Assembly (NCBI GenBank): GCA_010909165.1
Contig: MU008182.1
Location: 372,001-436,000 of the forward strand
DNA from: Anthoceros angustus
Lineage: Eukaryota > Plantae > Anthocerotophyta
Length of the DNA: 64,000 nt
Direction: 5' to 3'
The notes under the pieces were generated by a model. The model was given only the letters and a program-made list of their open reading frames with translations. It made no database searches and was not told the origin of the DNA. Each line of letters begins with the position of its first letter. Position 1 is the stretch's first letter. Below are positions 24,168 to 38,700 of this stretch, one piece after another. A program made the translations under genes and the position numbers.

Positions 24168-27100
24168 ATGTGAAAGATAAGACCACGAGTTCTGATGGCG
24201 AGGCATGTGACATGTATGAAGCAAAGTCGGCTTTCTTGGTTAAGCTTGGTGGTGGACTTGAAGATGAAGGAAGGGCGAGGATGTCGATCATCGAATGATT
24301 TCAATACCATTTTCAGCTCTCATCTCAAGGTATCACGTTCCCAGTTAGTGAGAGCTATGTTTATTGGTCACATTACGAGAGGTTGGGACACCTTTAAATA
24401 CGGCTAAGTAGTGCGCTAGTGGTCTTACCATTGTAAATGTAGAAGGTAGCACATTGGCGAGGAGGTGAGCAGGAAAAACATGGAACCTTCAAAGGTTCCG
24501 GTGCCCTCATAGTGAGAGGGAGGTCCGCTGCGAAGGGAAGCCGGACGAAGCTTCTCGTAGCAAATCGTAGTCGTAACAAGAATGTGGAGTGTCACTATTG
24601 TCACAAAGGGTCACTTCAAAAGAGTGCGAGAAGTTCAAGGACCAAGGAAAAGAAGAAGCGGGGCCAAGAAGGCGACTTAAATGTCGAGTTGGAAGAGTTA
24701 AACTACATTGAGGGAGATGTCCTTATCTCTTCTTACTTGAATCTTGCATTAACCGTGGATAGTCATTTATTACGCAATTGGATAATTGACTCGGTGCATC
24801 TTTCCATGTTACTCCTCATAGAGTGGTTTGTATGATGCTACAAGGAAAGGATGCTTGGAAATAACTATGCATGCGGATCGCGGGTGGGTGATGTGCAACT
24901 CAAGTTTGACAACGGATCTTCATTCATCTTTGAAGGGCGTTAGGCATGTTCGAAGTTGACAAAGAGCATGATTAGCGCGGGGCGGTTGGATGATCTTTGG
25001 TTACCACTCTTTGGTTTGGGGATCACTCTTGGAAGATCTCAAAGGTTCTCTTGTGTTAGCTCGTGGATCGAGTGTGGCACTTTGTACTCACGGTAAACAT
25101 CAAAGATCATGTGATCGTGTGAGCGACCAAATGTTTCCTTGTGGCATTGCTTAGGACATATGTCTCGAGAAGGGAATGAAGGTTTTATCTCGTTACGGTT
25201 ATATCCTGTTCTTAACTTCATCTCTCGATGTGTGAGCCTTTGTTTATATGGAAGCAGACAAAATCATCACATCGAACCGAGGTAAAAGTAAGTAAACCTC
25301 TTGAGTTGGTTCCGTGATGTATGTGGACCTATGCCTCTTGCATCATTAGGTGCCTCTTTTGTTTTCATAGATGATTTCTCTCATGAGGTGTGGGTTTATC
25401 CTTTGAGGAAAAAGGATGAAGTTACGGGTGTTTGAAATTTGTCACCCTTGTAGAAAATCGATCGCCGATTGAAGTGTCTAAGGCGGATAATGGTGGCGAG
25501 TATGTTTCAGCTTTCGGATGATTCAGGGAATCAGAATTATTGCCTTATCTCCTCCACAAAATGGTGTGGGTGGCGGATGAGCAGAACCATTCGGAGAGGA
25601 TCGTGGTTTGTTGTCAAACTACGGATTGCCTAATGGGTTTTGGCGCGAGCGATGTCTCTGCGTTCATCTTATTATGATCTCCTAATAAAATTGTTGATGG
25701 CGGGTTCGAGGAGCTATAGTGCGGAAAGAAACCATCCTACAAGCATCTGCGAGTGTTTGGGTATGAGGCATCTTGCCATGTTCAAAGAGTTTGGGACAAG
25801 TTGGCACCTAAGTCCAAGAAATGTATTTTTCTTGGCTATGGTGATTCGGTGAGATGGGATACCGTTTGTGGGATCCGGCTAGAAAGGTTGTTACTAACGA
25901 CGTGTTCTTCAATGAGAACAAGATGCACAAGCCTACTCCAAGCGTGGAGGTGCGAAGGGTGATCTTCCAAGAAGATGGACATGATCATCATGGGCGGGTT
26001 GATAACGTGGTAATGTGGAGCACATTCCTCCCGATAGATGAACCAAGAGTCGAACAAGCTATAGAGGTGCACGTGCGTAGGTCGAGGCGGATTACACGAC
26101 CTCAGCGGGTATGATCCATCTGGATTATGTTATCTTGTGATTGTGGGGAACCCTCTTCTTACAAAGAGGCTCATGTCAACGAGTAACAAAGACAAGTGGG
26201 AGAAGGCCATGCGATAAATGAATTTGCATAAGAACCAAACTTGGGAGTTGGTTGCCTAGGATAAGAAGGCACTCTGCAAATGGGTGTACAAGATGAAGGT
26301 CATACTTGATGGCAAACCAAAGTACAAGGCACGATTGGTTGCTAAGGGTTTCAAGCAACAACGGGCATTGACTTTGATGAGATTTTCTCACCGAGTCAAA
26401 ATGACAACTTTGCGATGTGTTCTTGCTTTGGTTGCGGGATGATATGGAACTTATGCGGATGGATGTCAAGGGCATTCTTGCATGGTGACCTTCAAGAGGC
26501 GTCTACATGCGACGGAAGGTTTTGTTGAGAAGGGCAAAAGCATCGGTGTGCGAGGTTGAGGAAGAGCCTTTATGGTTTGAAGCAGGCACCCGAGTGGTAT
26601 CACAAGTTCCACTCATTTATGCTTTCTCAAGGCTACAAAGCGTGGCGATGAGGATCATTGCCTCTATCAAGCAAGCTAAGGATCAAAGCTTGCTCATTTT
26701 GATCCTCTATGTGGATGATATGCTAATTCTTTGGGAGCAATCTTGATGAGATTTCGTTGAAGTCAAAGTTGAATGCTCACTTTGAAATAGCAGACTTGGG
26801 AGAGCCATATACTTGGCATGCGTATTCGTCGGAGCAGGACATAAGCGTCGCTTTATTTGTCTCGACGGAATACATTAAGAGTGCTTCAACGTTTCAACAT
26901 GGAGAAGGGAAGCCATTGGGTACTCCATTGCCTCCATATGTGAAACTTTCCGCGGATTGCCCAAGCTCCGAGGAGGACAAAGCTGAAATGGAGAAGGTCC
27001 CATACTCATCAGGAGTTTGATGTATGCAATGATTGCTACACGCCCGACATTGCCTTTGCGGTGGAGTGGTTAGCGTTTATGTCAAACCCGGCAAGAAGCA

Positions 27101-27880
27101 TTGGGAGGCGTAAAGGAGTTATGAGGTATCCGAATGGTACAAAAGCTTTGCATATGTTTTGGTAGTGAAGATGCATGTGTGGTTGGGTACAGATGCGATT
27201 ATGTGGATATGGACAAGAAGGTCCACATCGTTACGTCACGCATCGGAGGGGCTCATGGCGATCTCGCTTGCGGCATTGCATTCGCTATCTACCACGAGGC
27301 CGGTAGCAATCGAGGCTTGCAAGGAAGCCATATGGCTTGCGTTAGTGGGAGACTTGGGGATCAAGGTTGAGTCGCTGGTTGTTGCATTGTGATAGCAGTG
27401 CTATCCAATTGGCAAGAAAGATGTTTCATGCGAAGACTAAACATGTGGATGTGAAGTATCACTTCATTCGAGAGGTGTTGGACGACAAGAGGGTACAACT
27501 TGTCAAGGTTCACACCACCTTAACCCTGAGATATTCTTACCAAGGGACTCTCTACTGAGCAATTTGCACAAGCTTCCGGACAATCGATGGGCATGAGATA
27601 GTCCATTCTCCCACGAAGGTAAATTGGCCTTTAAGTGGGAGGTTGTAAGGATTAAAGTGTATACTTAGACTAATACACTTAGTCTAAGTTAGGTGTCGAT
27701 ATCATTAGCTTAGCTTAAGCTAATCACTAGGAAGCTTCTTGTGCTCCTTCCTAGGAGCTTCTTGTGGAGCTTCCTAGGGAGCTATTGAGGGTACCACTCC
27801 AAGCCTCATCTCAATGAGAGAGCTACACTTGCCTCCTCCTCTCCTCTCCTCTTTCCACCAAGACCCCACGATCCTTCAAG
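24168..27880 (+). mobile_element. Ty1/Copia family B, cut within gag by the Gypsy LTR, with partial 3' LTR (27644-~27880)
   Basis: Gag LKMKEG..NDFNTIF; CHYCHK knuckle; WIIDS; KLAPKSKKCIFLGYG; YKARLVAKGF; LYVDDML; HAKTKHVDVKYHFIR; PPT AAGTGGGAGGT then TGTAAGG. Confidence 0.9.
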
Positions 27881-27998
27881 ATGCGTGCGCCAAGGATGCA
27901 GCGTCCACACATGTTTTGGCGCCTTTTCACATTGAGTTTGGCTGCTTCATGCCATTCCATAAGATTCTCTGGACAAGATTGCCTTTTGGAGAAGCCTA

Positions 27999-28620
27999 TG
28001 TGAATGCAAAGTTTGGGCAACCAACCCAAAAGGGCCAAAAGAGACAAGTTTGATTTTTACAGGAACGATTGAAGAAGCATGCATGAAAATTTCGAGAATC
28101 TTGAAGCTAGAGCAGAGAATATTGTTAGGAAGGCAAGAGGATATCCTAGGAAGAAGAACGGTCGAAACGACCCCTGCAGGGCGTGGAGGGCAAAAGGTTC
28201 AAAGGTTGGTGGTGACTACCATGAGGCTGCCACACCACGCCGGTAGGTGAAGGGAGACCACCGCGTAGTCGCGTGACCATCATGATAAGCGAGACTACCG
28301 TGAGGTGACAAACCAAAAGGGAATTTAGAATAGAGGGGGGATATCCACTATATATGCTCACCAATAGGGGAATAAATATAATTAGAAAGCGGTTAATTAG
28401 GGACAAGGATAGGAAAATAGGTAGTTTAGATAGAATTAGGATTTTGGAATGATGAACCCAATCTAGGGTTGTACCGCCGTGTGCGGACATCTAAGGAGGC
28501 AAAGTGCGCGGCAGCGCTTCCACTTCGCCAAGAAGAACAAGAGCCGAGTCGCGCGAATGAACGCAAAAGGGAGGAAGGCGCCATCCGCGAAGAGAGCCAT
28601 CGCCACAGCAAGCCGGGAGT
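27999..28620 (+). repeat. Inverted ~0.6-kb fragment of the Gypsy LTR 5' end
   Basis: TGTGAATGCAAAGTTTGGGCAACC... is the reverse complement of the LTR terminus (cf. 31190-31808, 4550-5147). Confidence 0.85.
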
Positions 28621-31600
28621 AAGGCAAGGCCGTGTGGTGTCACGGTAGTCCCAGACATGGGTGGTCACCACTGGTAGGGTGACCGGAGGTGGGCTGTCCC
28701 CTCCTTGCTCCGCGCCTCCCGATCCCTGTCGCGGTGGCTCCTCCTCCGACTCCTGATTCCTCGAGTCCATTTCGATGGCCTCATCAAAATCGGAGGCCTC
28801 CGGCCACTTGTTGCAGCTCCTTTCATCATCATGAGGACCCAATGTCCTCCTTGGCCAAGTAAGACTCTCATTGTTGGCCTTCAAGATCTGTGGAGGTGAG
28901 CCCCAAGTTGTGATATTGCATTTGGAGATCATCAATCTCCGTGGGCCACTCTCCATCTCACACCTACCTTGTAGGTCCCTTGAGGTGGTTAATTCCCCAC
29001 CTTGACATGGAGGGTTACATTCTCCTCCCTCACCTTTAGGCTGGCCAATTTTGCACGGGCATGCCCAAAATCGCCGCTTCCTCACTACCGATTCTGCACC
29101 ACCTTCTTGTGGCTCCTCCTCGAGACCTCCTTTGTCCAGTCCAATTGCAAGCAAGCCCTCTTCTCCGCTTGCCAAGCACTTTCGCTCCATTGGTCTTGCT
29201 TCTTGCTCCGGCGCTTCTCTTCCAAATTGTACGGGTCCTTCTCAACTCCTCTCCCATATCCGGATTTTGATGGCTTGAGTAGCCATCACCACTCATGTGC
29301 GGCCACTTTGAGTTGCCGCTTCTCCTTTCCCAGCCTTGCCTTTCTTGCTTTGGGCAAAATGCTCTTCCGCCTTTTGCCTCCAAGAATCCTTTTGGGTTGT
29401 TGCGAATGGCTCTTTCTTGACTTGACAACTTCCTCCTCAGGCGCCTTGTTTCCATGAGGTCGCTTGGAGCTTCTCTGACCTTTTCCAACTTGGCTGCCTT
29501 TTCATCGGACTCCATCTCCAATTGCCATTAGGTCCTGCCTTCCTCCGGCCATGTCTTGAGATTTCACTTCCTCTTGGCATGCCCACAAGGAGGCTGCTCT
29601 CCTAGCCTTCAAATCCACTGAGTGCTTCACAAGCTCCAGAATTCTCCTAGGGGTCCTAATTCCACCCTCTTCTTCTTGCTGAAATTTCCAGCTCTCACTC
29701 TCGGGCCATCGCGGCCGGGCCCCTTCACCGTCGCTCCATCCGCCTCCCACCCAGCGGAGATGGTGGGGGCGCGCACCTCGCGTGCTTCTCTTCCCCTTCC
29801 CCGCCATGAGGCGCTTTGCTGGCGGGTGCTGCCTACCGTGGTAGGTGCTCCCCACCGGTAGATGCCTACCTACCATGGTGGTGACGCCTACCACGAGGCT
29901 GCCCACCCCTTGGGTGGCGCCTCCCACCGGGTAGTCTGCCGGGTGCCTCTCTAGGGCACAAAGGAGATGGTGGGGACTCCCCACTCGGGCCCCCCCTGTG
30001 GTCCTTCTCTCATAGACCACCATTCGGCCTTCCTCGGCCGCTTCTTGCTCTTCTCCCTTGCTTGCTGGAAAGGATTCCCACTCCGGCAACTTTGTTGCCT
30101 CAACCTTCTCCTCTTGCTTCTATTTTGTGGAGGTCGACCTCCCACCCTCTTCGCAATGCAAAAGGCAAAGGCCTTTCCAACCTCGGAGATGGATGACCTC
30201 AAAGGGATGCCATGCATCTTCAAGCTCCTTGCTTGTGAGGAGTCCCTCGGTTTCCCATAAATGCACCAAATAGGTGCTAAGGTAGGCCTTGGCCCTTCCT
30301 CATCCACGAATTTGGCTTGAGGAGCTTCTCGATGGTGTATGTACGCTTCATACATGATAGTCCCCAATCCTTGGCTCCCATGGAAATCTTCCACAAAAAT
30401 TGGAGGAAGTTGGTCTTTGAAATAAGAGTGCGTTGGTAATTTACCAACCCCAGCACAATCTTTGCGAAGAGCCTCCACTTGACTCCTTGATGCTCTCGGT
30501 CTTCCACCATTCTTGGCGTGGGCCACCTCCATCCATCATGTCAAGGAACTCCTGCGGGATGTCGGAGAGGCGTCCTCTTCCCTCCATTCGACCTTTCGAG
30601 GAGAGCAATTCGAGCTCTCCTCCGGTCTTCCATACACTGTCGAATACTTCTACCGGTCCAGCGTGGATCCGAGCATTCCTCTCGAGTGCGGCAGGCTGCC
30701 CGATTGATGGAGGTTGATGTAACACTCCTCAATCAATTCCAAATTGGTGTAGGCCCATTGGCCATACACCCACCCCAATTGGATGTTGTCTCTCCTCGCC
30801 TGCCGAAATCCACTAAATCTCGGGGTTGAGCGCCAAAGCAAGTGAATTGAGGCATCTCACCTCACCCTCCCTGGCGCAGCCACCTTCTTTCCTTTCCTCC
30901 TCGCGAGGAAGAGCCCTTGCTGGCTCCTTCCCTTGCCTTTCCAGCTCGAGGCATGGTGGCGCTCCCCAACGCTCAAGGAAGGAATTACTCCAATTTGAGA
31001 GCTTCAAAATTTCACCTTCCAACCTCTTCCTTGTTGGGTAACACACTTCTTAGACACGTTAGCCCCGGCTTGAATTCCAGGCCGCCAATTCTCTCGTCCT
31101 TCCTCCGGCGTGCCGCCACCAATTCACAACGCCTTTCGCCTCCCACCTCCGCCACGCCTCCAAGTGCGCCTCTTGGCTCGCCACACTTCCTCTTCCGGGG
31201 CTGGCGAGAGCTCCTCGCTCGCTCGCTTCTTCCACCGCCTCCTTTCCGGCTTCTCCTTCTCGATGGGCGCGCTCCTCCGCCTCACCGCTGGCGCTGGGCG
31301 ATGGGCCTTCCTTCCTTGCGCTTACGCTCCAACTCCGCTCTTTTTAAGTGGAGGAAGCGGCCCAAGCACTTTGCCCTCTTTGGATGCCACACGCGGCCGC
31401 ACAACCCTAGATTGATTCATCATTCCAAAATCCTAATTCTACCTATTTTCCTATCGCTATCCTAATTAATCGCTAATCTTTAATATATTTATTCCCTATT
31501 GATGAGCATATATAGTGGATATCCCCCCTCTATTCTAATTTCCTTTCGAGAGACCTACGGTAGTGCCTTCTTACCCCTACCGTGGTGTGGCACCTCGGTA

Positions 31601-31839
31601 GTGCGACCTACCAACCTTCGCCGCCTCACGCCTGGGGTCATTTGACCGTTCTTCCTCGGATATCCTTTTCGCCTTCCTAACAATATCCTACACTCTTCAA
31701 GATTCTCGAAAATTTCTTGGCATGCTCCTCTTCAATCGTTCCTAGCCAAAAAAATCAAACTTGTTGTCTTGGCTCTTTTGGGCTGGTTGCCCAAACTTTT
31801 GCTCCACATACTCCCCACCTCACTGTTTGCGTCCTCGCA

Positions 31840-34800
31840 AACAACAGTACTGGTGGAGGTACTTCTTGACCTTCCACCCATTGACTCGGGTCGGCACACC
31901 GCCCCGTAGGAGTTGCAGGATCCATTCTATCTGCGACTACCTCGTAAGGTCCCATCCATCTCCTAAGCTTCCTGGAAAGTCTAGGTACGACTATATAGAA
32001 GAACCAAATCCCGTCCACGATCCTCTTGCTTCCTCAACCTCCCATCATGCGCCTTTTACGAGTTCACGAATCATGTTTCTTCTAAAGCATCCTCCCTACG
32101 TTCTTCTGCTCTATGAATGATTCTAGTCTAACTACGCTATCCTCTACGGTCATGCGTTCATCCTCCATGATTAGTAGGTGGGTACTTCAAATTCCACGGC
32201 ATCACGGTGACATGCCATACGTTAGATAATAAGGGGTCTTTTGGTGGTTACCTTTTCCATGTCTGTAAGCCCACTGAATGCAACAGCATCCCAATCATAC
32301 ATGTGTCACAGTCACCTTGGTAAGGATTGTGCGAGCAACCCATTCGTCTTCTCCGTTAATCCATTCGCTTTGGGGTTGTAGGGGGTCGTTCGATGCCGAA
32401 TGTTGAAGTAGGTGGTTAGTTCAACGACGAGTTGAGGAAATGTGTCCCCTCCGACCAACTCTAAAGGACATCCATACGGGTTATGATGTTCTCGAATAGA
32501 AACTACTAGCGTCGTCCTTCCTTGTTGCTTCCTTCCACCATCTTCGTATAATAATCCGTAGCCACCAAAATGTTGCTTCCTCGTCCATTGCGTTGGTTTG
32601 ATCGGCCCTCTGATCGATTCCCCACTTCTCGAGCGGTGCTAGCGGCGGGATGTAGGTAAGAGGCCATTGTGTCGACAACGAGGCCGCCCAACCCTCGACA
32701 CGCATCACACCTCGGGTGAACTCCCACATCCTTTTGCATCGTAGCCACCAAAACCCGGCATTCAAAATCTTCTTACCACGAATAGTGTCCACCGCCTCCG
32801 CATGCAACGCCTCGAGTGCAGCCTCCTTAGCGAGACAGTCCTTTCGTCGCCCAAGTTTATACGGACACCTTCCGATAGGGTGCGGCTTTATGGAGAAAGA
32901 CCGCCCGCCCTTCCCTTGACAACCCATCCGGCATGATGCCATGCTCCAGGAATTTCGTACTTCACCGCTCAACAAATACCTCGGGCATGAACGCCCCTCG
33001 CGGTCTAATCTTCTCCTTCCAGGTGTACCACGTCTCCTCCTCCTAGGACGTTCGTTAGTGGCTCCAGATGGCGTGTATCCATCCTCGGGCCCACGGCTTC
33101 CCTGCTTCGCCCATGCTGCACGTTCCTCAACCTGTAGTTCGTCCGCATGTTCTTCCTTCATTAACAGGTTGATTTCGTCTGCCCCTGTCGGCCCAACTTC
33201 GCGTCTGGGTCCATCTCGTGCTCCCATGGCGACCTCCTCGACTTGTTGCACCTCCATGGTCGGATTTTGAGGGATTGCCCACAGATCTGCCAACTCCCCC
33301 TTCTGCAATTTTTCTTCAAGCTTGTCATGGGATGAAGCTCCTTCCTCGCCCTCTGGCGCACCCACCTCCCTAGGGTCTCTCTCCTCGCGGCCTCATGGCG
33401 CCCGACCTCGCCTTTTTCCGCTCAAAAGCGGTGCTCTCATGCTTTTGCTTTCTTGCCAACGTGTGGCCTCCACTTGCAGCCCTCGACTGCTCACCCTTGA
33501 GGAGAATTCCAGCCTCCTCCTTGCGCCCATGCTCCTCCTATCCTCTCGGTTCCTCTGCTTCTCGCAACGCCTCCTTCTTGCTATTTGGCCTCTGCGGCAA
33601 GCGTTTGCTGATCAATTCTTAGGCCTCGACAACATGCTCACCTCCTTCCCCTTGACTTGGGTCATGGTAACCAACTCCTCTCGGAAATCGATCATCCGTG
33701 GCTTCAAGTCGCTCTCCGGTCTTGAGAAATGAAATCGCATTCGATGTTGCTTCCGCCTGGTTTCTCGTCATAGTCAACTCTTGCAGCGTAATACCCATCT
33801 GGCGATCCTTCGACAACCGGCTTGTTGACAAGATACTTCAACGCAAAATGATCGACATGAGCGTAACCTTGCAAGCAGCGGATAGTGTCTAAACTTCTTA
33901 CGAGTAAATGATACCAAGACCCTCCCGCTCCGTGGTTGAGTAGTTCTTTTCGATCCGTGAGTACCCGCATAGAAAATCGGATGATCCGTTTCTTCTCATC
34001 TTCGACTTAAGGCGGTCCCAATAGCATAGGCGGACACATCCACGTATACGTGAAACGGCTTCCCAATCCGGCGGTTGTAAAGTTGGTGCCACCTCCTTCA
34101 AGCTGAAAGGCCTCTGCCGTGCGTCCATTCGAAGGGTGTATCCTTTTGGTTAATTGTGTCAACAAGGCCTTCTTGGCGAAATCCTTGATGAACCTCTGTA
34201 ATACCCCACTAGCCCTACAAAAGCTCGCACCGCCTCACTGTGGTGCGTCCATCTCGACTATCACCGCTACCTTCTCTTTATCTACCATAATCCTCGCTGA
34301 AACTCGATGTGCTAATAGAATGCCCTCCGTCATGCCAAAATAACACTTTCCTGGATGAAGTTTCATGTTCGACTCCCTGCATTTCTGAAAGCATTGCCTC
34401 AAATGGTCTAAATGCAAGTTCCTTCTCCCAAATACACAGAAATCATCCAGGAATACCTCCATGAACTTCCTCAGAAAATCTCGGAAGATCGCGTTCACTA
34501 CCCGCTGGAAAGTGGCCGGGGCATTGCACAAGCCGAAAGGGAGCTTCGAATAGGCATAAGTTCCCCAATCCGTCGTGAACGTTGTTTTGTCCTGATCCTC
34601 CCTTCGCAGCGAAATTTGATTGTACCCAGAATATCCATCCAAGAAACTGTACATCTCGTGCCCAGCTACTGTGTCCAACACACTGTCCATGAAAGGTAAA
34701 GGGTGATGATCCTTCTTCGTTGCCTCGTTGAGTTTTCTGAAATCTTGACACACCCGCACCTTTCCCTGCTGCTTCTTTGGTACAATCACGATGGGGGCGA

Positions 34801-35780
34801 CCCACTCACTGGTGAGCACCGGGTAAATCACCCCAGCCTCCAAGTATTGGTCGAGCTGATCCTTAACAACCATGGAATACTTGGGATTTTGCTTGATCCG
34901 CCAGTCTTGCCCTCCTTCAGTCTATTCGATGTATTCCCAGTTCTTCCGGTATCCCTGTCATGTCAGTAATCTTGAAGGCAAACACATCAACATATTCTCT
35001 AAGGACCCTACGAAACTCATCTTTTTCTATCTCGCCTAGGTACTTAGAAATCTTGACTACCTTGCTAGGTTCTAACTCTAGGTCTTCTACCGCGGGATCT
35101 ACATATGTTCCTCCGACTGCTACCGGTTCGGATCCCTCTTCCGGAAAAAGTCTCGATCATAAGCCCCGCCCTTCCAAAAGGCTACTCCTTCTCTATGGGC
35201 CTCATCCTCGGACTTCTATGGCTTCCTCTATATGTAGCACACCAAATCACTCTTTATTTGACCTCGAGGGACCCCGATATGCTCGCCCGAGGAGCTTACC
35301 CCGTGCTACGAGGTGTACCGCCGTGGGGACTCCCCTCATAAGGAGCCTTACTCCATGACACAAAAGCAATCGCCGCAGGTCCGTATCTACCGGACTTGAA
35401 GGTGATGCCACTACGACCAAAATCAAAAACACACGGTACCATACAACCAAGGCCTACCTATCAAAACCTTATAGCCTAAATCAAACCGGCGCATCACAAT
35501 GTAGGTAAGATGGAAGGTGAGTCCCCAACAGCACGTCCTCGACCCCCAGTGGCTTTCTCCTTGTCGGCCATCCGTAAAAATACTCGGGCCGGGTGAAACT
35601 CGGTGAATCCGAGTTGATGAGCCGTCTCCTCCGTCATCAAGTTGACTCCTGATCCGAATCTAATGGCACGTCGGGCACCAAACACCCCGCAATCTCAACC
35701 TCAATCTCGGGTGCCCCTAAATCAATGAGTTCGACCACATTTACCTCCGCCGACCGCTTTCTCCCTCCCTCGCCTGTGGA
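31840..35780 (-). pseudogene. Gypsy pol copy 2, including a locally intact RT core ORF (34235-34873)
   Basis: SEWVAPIVIVPKK..VRVCQDFRKLN..FLDGYSGYNQI..LPFGLCNAPATFQR..VFLDDF; WMGPYEVV (GPY motif). Confidence 0.92.
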
Positions 35781-35785
35781 TTCCC

Positions 35786-38700
35786 CGATGAAATAGGTCT
35801 ATTAGGCACTATTCATTAGGGCCTCATAACTTAAACATTATTATTTACCTAGGGTTATTTAGGTAGTTAGTAGTTATATTAGTTATATTGGTTACAACAA
35901 CTTACGGTTGTAACTACTTATGGTTGCAACCACTTATGGTTGTAACCACCCAACCACCAGCCTATTTAAAGGCTTGTACTTTACTCATTAAACACTTACA
36001 TTGTTTCTTCTTCTTCTAATCTAAGAGCTCTGATTCTCATCATGGTAGAGCATCGTTGCTCTCTGCATGCTTATGTTTCTTATATATGAGGAGATTATTT
36101 ACAAGGCACTCTTAAATCTAGCATCTGTCTAGATGGAGTGCTATTGTTCTACATTCTCTATTTCACCAATTCTTCATCTCTTCCTTTAACATGCTTATAT
36201 GTTTCAATCTTCTATAATTTCTCCATGGACTTCAATTCTATTAGAAGGAGAAAAGAAGGTTAAAAGGAAAGAGAATCTCATTAGGCAACAAGCTATTGAG
36301 AGTGAAATAGAACAAATCTCTTCATCTATAGCAAATTTCATTGCATCAATTTTATTTCCAAAACCGGATCAAGGGAAGCTTATCAAGTTATCAAGATGTC
36401 ATTTACTTGAATACTTCAGCCCTATTCATATTAAAGCTTTGGAATTGGCCCTTAACCATATTCCAAATTTAATAATTGGATTAAGTTCTTCCGTACTCTG
36501 TTTTGACAAATAAAAATAGAATTCAAACTCCATCTCTTCATGATTTTTATAATCAATTTTCATCTCTTAAAATTCGGTCTCTAATCTTCAAACTGAATTA
36601 TTTGATTTGAAATCAAAATTTTCTTTGTTTTCCGAGTTTAATACTAATCAAGGATTAGAGAGTATGTCATCATCTCGAAAACAGCGATGGATGAATTCTA
36701 TATGTGCAATAAAATTGAGCATAAGCCTTACACAATGACTTTGTCCTTTAAGGACGATTAGCTATGGCGGAGTGATTGAAGAAGAATTTGAAGCTACCCA
36801 AAACTCCTATGGGTAATGATAATGTCCATCCTCCCACACATTATCATTTTGGTGATGGTTTCAAAGAGAAAGATAGATTCAACGGAAAGATTATGATATT
36901 TGGGCATTACGATGCGAGGAGCATTGAGACAAAGAGCATTATGGGGTATTGTTGATGGATCCATAACGAGACCGGTCCGATGATGAACGAGAACTTGATT
37001 TCTGGGACGAGGATGAGAAGGCACAAGATTTATTAATAAGTGGACTCTCTCAACAAATGGTCGCATGTTGCACACGCAAAAACATCTCATGAAATGTGGT
37101 CTCACCTTACTCAATTATATTCATCACAAGATGTAATGAGCATTGTTCTCGTAACTTCGTAATTTATTTATGAAAGAATCCGATACTATCGAACATCATA
37201 TTAATGCTTTTAGACAAGCACGTTCCCAAGTTGAATCAATGTGTACCTATATCCGAGATGGAAGCTTATGTCACCCTTCTATCTTCATTGCCTCCCTCCT
37301 ATCGTCCATTCATCACTACTCAAAACGCAGCTTCGCAATTCACGGAGAACCGCAGATGATGGCACAAAGGGTTTGACATAAGTGTTTCGAACCGATCGGA
37401 GCACTTCGGAGGAGGCAAGTAGGCGCCATTCTCACTCAGCCTAATAAACAACAAGTAATGTACTTGCAGAGGGGTAGAGGAAGAGGACGAGGCGAGGCCG
37501 AGGTTACTCTTCCCAACGCCTCCATATTCTTCGCCAAGTACGAACAGAAAGCTCTTCATCGACACCTTCAAAGGGTAAGAAGAAGAGCGGCATTATATGC
37601 AATTGGTGTAGGATCCCTAACCATATGGAAAAGGATTGTCACAAAGAAGAATGGTGAACCTCGCAAGGAGGCTTCACATGGAGTTAATGTAGCATCTAAA
37701 AAGCAAACTTCATCAACTCCAATAGTGCTCAGTATGTTTGGCATCATCCAAGCTCGCTAATACCTCATGGTATTTAGACGGAGCAACATCACATATATGT
37801 TACAACAAAGTTATTTTCAATCATACTCACCAACCACGTGGCACCAAGTCGTCCTCTTGGGAGATGATCACAACCGCCTATCGGTACCGGGTTCTATCGA
37901 CATGTGATTTCGGACAAGTCCTTCACCTCCACCAAGTACTCCATGTTCCATTAATGTGCAAGAATTTATTATCATTGCAAGTATTTGTCAAACCCATTCC
38001 ATGCGGTGACCCTTTTACGATAGTTGCTTTCTCTCTCATGTAGGTGATAGCAATCATATTATTTGTAGTGGTACTTTAGAAGATGGCCTTTATAGATTGT
38101 CCGTCCTAGTAGGAGGTCAATGCTTATGTCACCGTTCTTCTCCACAAAGTCCCTCCATCAATGTTATGGCATTGTCGCTTGGTCACCCAAATAGTCAAAA
38201 ACTCACCCGGATGTCTAAGGAAACTTTTACGAAACCCATGTCTTGCAAATGTTGGGCATTTATCACAGTGCGAAACTTGTGTCCTCACAAAGCGTCACCA
38301 AGAGCCTTTTAAAACAAATCTCCACAAAGGGCAAAGAAACCTTTAGAGATAGTGCATATCCGTGGACCTCTATCTACATCTTCTTTAGTGGAAGTAGGTA
38401 TTTTTGACTTTTATAGATGATTTTTCCCGTTTGTCTCCTCCTATGTCTTGCAACACAAGTCCGATGCTTTTCAATTTTTCAAAGATTATATGAAATGGGG
38501 AGAGACTTCTGATTGCAAACCGAAAACATTACGCTCGACAATGGAGGTGAATTTACATCTAATCGATTTGAGGAGTTTTGTCGAGCGAAGGTATTGCTCA
38601 ACAACTCACCGTTGTCTATACTCCTCAACAAAATGGGATAGCCGAAAATAAAAATCATACATAAGAGATAACAGTTGCTTATTAACACGTGCCAAGTTGT

